Shown in pieces: positions 62,259 through 64,000 of a DNA stretch of 64,000 nucleotides. The notes beneath the pieces are model-generated. The model ran no database searches. It saw nothing but the letters and a program-made list of their open reading frames with translations, and was not told the DNA's origin. Origin of the DNA: the human T2T-CHM13v2.0 reference genome, Homo sapiens. The stretch is from positions 10,240,001-10,304,000 of the forward strand of contig CP086569.2 in the NCBI GenBank assembly GCA_009914755.4, written 5' to 3'. Numbering within the stretch: the first letter of the stretch is position 1; every line of letters starts with the position of its first letter. Both the position numbers and the translations under genes were made by a program.

Positions 62259-64000
62259 ACAAATACACTTGTTTTTGAGTCTCGGCACTAGCACTTTCTG
62301 ACATGTGTCATTATATATGTCATTTAACCTTTATGAAACTCAGTTTTTTAATAAATAAAAGCATATATTAATACTCACAACATTGTAAGCATATTAACCA
62401 AATTATATTTGACCGTAAAATTAAAAACTAGAAGTACATGTTGGTTTTTCAGTGCTCTTACAAAAAATTAATCATTATAACATTTGAAAATAAGAAGATG
62501 TGGAAGATAAATTAATACTTTTCTTTTCTTCTTCCAATTTCAAATATAAGCACTCATAGCAATTTGACAATAATTTTCATGAAGTTAATTTTGCATATAA
62601 AACATCTGCAAAGATTATGTTCACATTTACAAAACTGAAACTGCTATACACACATCCATGTACACACATAATACATGCACATTCTATAATTTGCCTTTGC
62701 TAAAATACACATTTTAGATTTTCTTCCAAAGCAACACATGTATCAATCTTATTTGCATTAATAGCTACATAATAATCAATATTATATTTATACCAAGGTT
62801 TCAATTGATGCACCATTTAATCTTTCTGATTTTGAGGACAGTTCTAACATTCCAAATCTTTTATATTAATAACAATGCTATAATAAACATGGTGGTATAT
62901 TTATCTTTTATTCTTGGTGATGTTATTTGTATTTAATAAGTGGTACAAAATGTGAAAACTTGGCCAAGTGCTGTAAGTACTGTGCATTGAAATTATTTAA
63001 ATACTAAATTTATGTAATATTAAATAAAATTATAACTATTTATGTATCAAATTACTTTCCAAAACCCTTGTAGTAATCACATTTCTTCTAGCACTTACAA
63101 TTTCATCAACAATGGATGCTACTATTAGTTTTTATTTTTGTAAACTAATGAATGTTTTATCTATTATCTTAACTTCACTTTTTTTTTGAGAACTGGAAAT
63201 TTTGTTTTATTGTTACTGATCTCTAGGATGTTGATTGTTTTTCTAGCCAGAAACGTCTGTGGCTGTGACACCTTTGCCTGAGATCTTGTCCTGTGTCAGG
63301 AAGAATGAGGTAGAATGAGGTATGCAGACAAGTGAATGGTGAACAAGAAGAAACATTCTACTTAGTGTTAGTACAGCTCAGAGGAATGGTTTGCTCCTCT
63401 CTGTAGGCAGGTTTTCCAGTCGAGTGTTCAGCTCTTAGCAGAGAGGAGGCCCTGGAGAGCGTGGCTCTTCTCCATGGCAAAGTCATTCAAGTCTCTGCAG
63501 ACCTCTGAAACTGTCAGCAGAGACAGTAGCTCCTCTCTGTTTGTGTCCTATATGTAATGCTAAGAAAATACTGATGTTGAGCTTTAAAGCAACATTTCAC
63601 TATCTTTCTCCACTGGCAATGCTCTTATTAAAATATAAGTAATCATTTGGCTTATACAGTATCATATTATGAAATGTAATGAGAGGCACCTACTTACAAT
63701 TTTTAGATTTCAATTTTGGTAATGAATATTGGCTTTGCCAGACACTCATGTAAGATGTACATCTAAAGTTTAATTTATGTTATTTGGATATTATTTCATT
63801 AAATATCTAAATATTGGAAAGCATTAATCAATGTGTTTCACTTCAGAAATGCCTGCCATATATCTTTCATATTTGTTAATCAAATGAAGTCTTGGCAAAT
63901 TCAAATTTTTACAGCTTAGAAATTTTCAAGGAAAATGCAATGCACAAAATCATAAATGGTGATATTATCCCAAATCTTAAGTCAAGTAACATGTCATTAA

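Overview
This window is primate, almost certainly human, genomic DNA, and it is repeat-dominated (roughly 55-60% interspersed or tandem repeats). I found no intact cellular protein-coding gene, no RNA gene, and nothing prokaryotic, so CRISPR-type or operon-type calls do not apply. I see no 'novel system' in the sense of an operon or defence island; the interesting content is structural, and sits in three places: the unidentified frame-preserving tandem array, the RBMY-like intron-containing pseudogene bracketed by inverted L1s, and several non-canonical repeat junctions. Contents from start to end:

- **1-5,490:** an old, highly degenerate tandem-repeat array (about 30 bp sub-unit, about 60-63 bp higher-order unit). 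It is interrupted by a truncated LTR12 (HERV9 LTR) fragment.
- **7.2-10.6 kb:** an old 5'-truncated L1, bounded by an unusually long direct repeat of about 610 bp.
- **Scattered:** many Alu elements (at least 20), and several GAAA/GGAA/CTTT tetranucleotide microsatellites derived from Alu tails.
- **20.2-26.3 kb, + strand:** a young, full-length L1 of L1PA2/3 type. ORF1 is intact (338 aa), ORF2 is dead, and the target-site duplication is clean.
- **30.6-38.4 kb, + strand:** an RBMY-family pseudogene that still has exon-intron structure and is decayed. Because it carries RBMY-type rather than RBMX-type residues, I infer the window is from the male-specific region of the Y chromosome.
- **40.7-46.8 kb, - strand:** a second, older full-length L1 in inverted orientation.
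- **50.7-52.0 kb:** a purine-rich degenerate minisatellite.
- **52.1-52.9 kb:** a 3'-truncated L1 fragment.
- **52.9-60.2 kb, + strand:** a HERV-K-like (betaretroviral, class II ERV) proviral remnant with gag, dUTPase-protease, RT, RNaseH, IN and env, then a probable 3' LTR. It is directly abutted to the L1 fragment with no 5' LTR.

All coordinates are approximate, within about 10 bp. They were derived by eye from the sequence and the ORF track.
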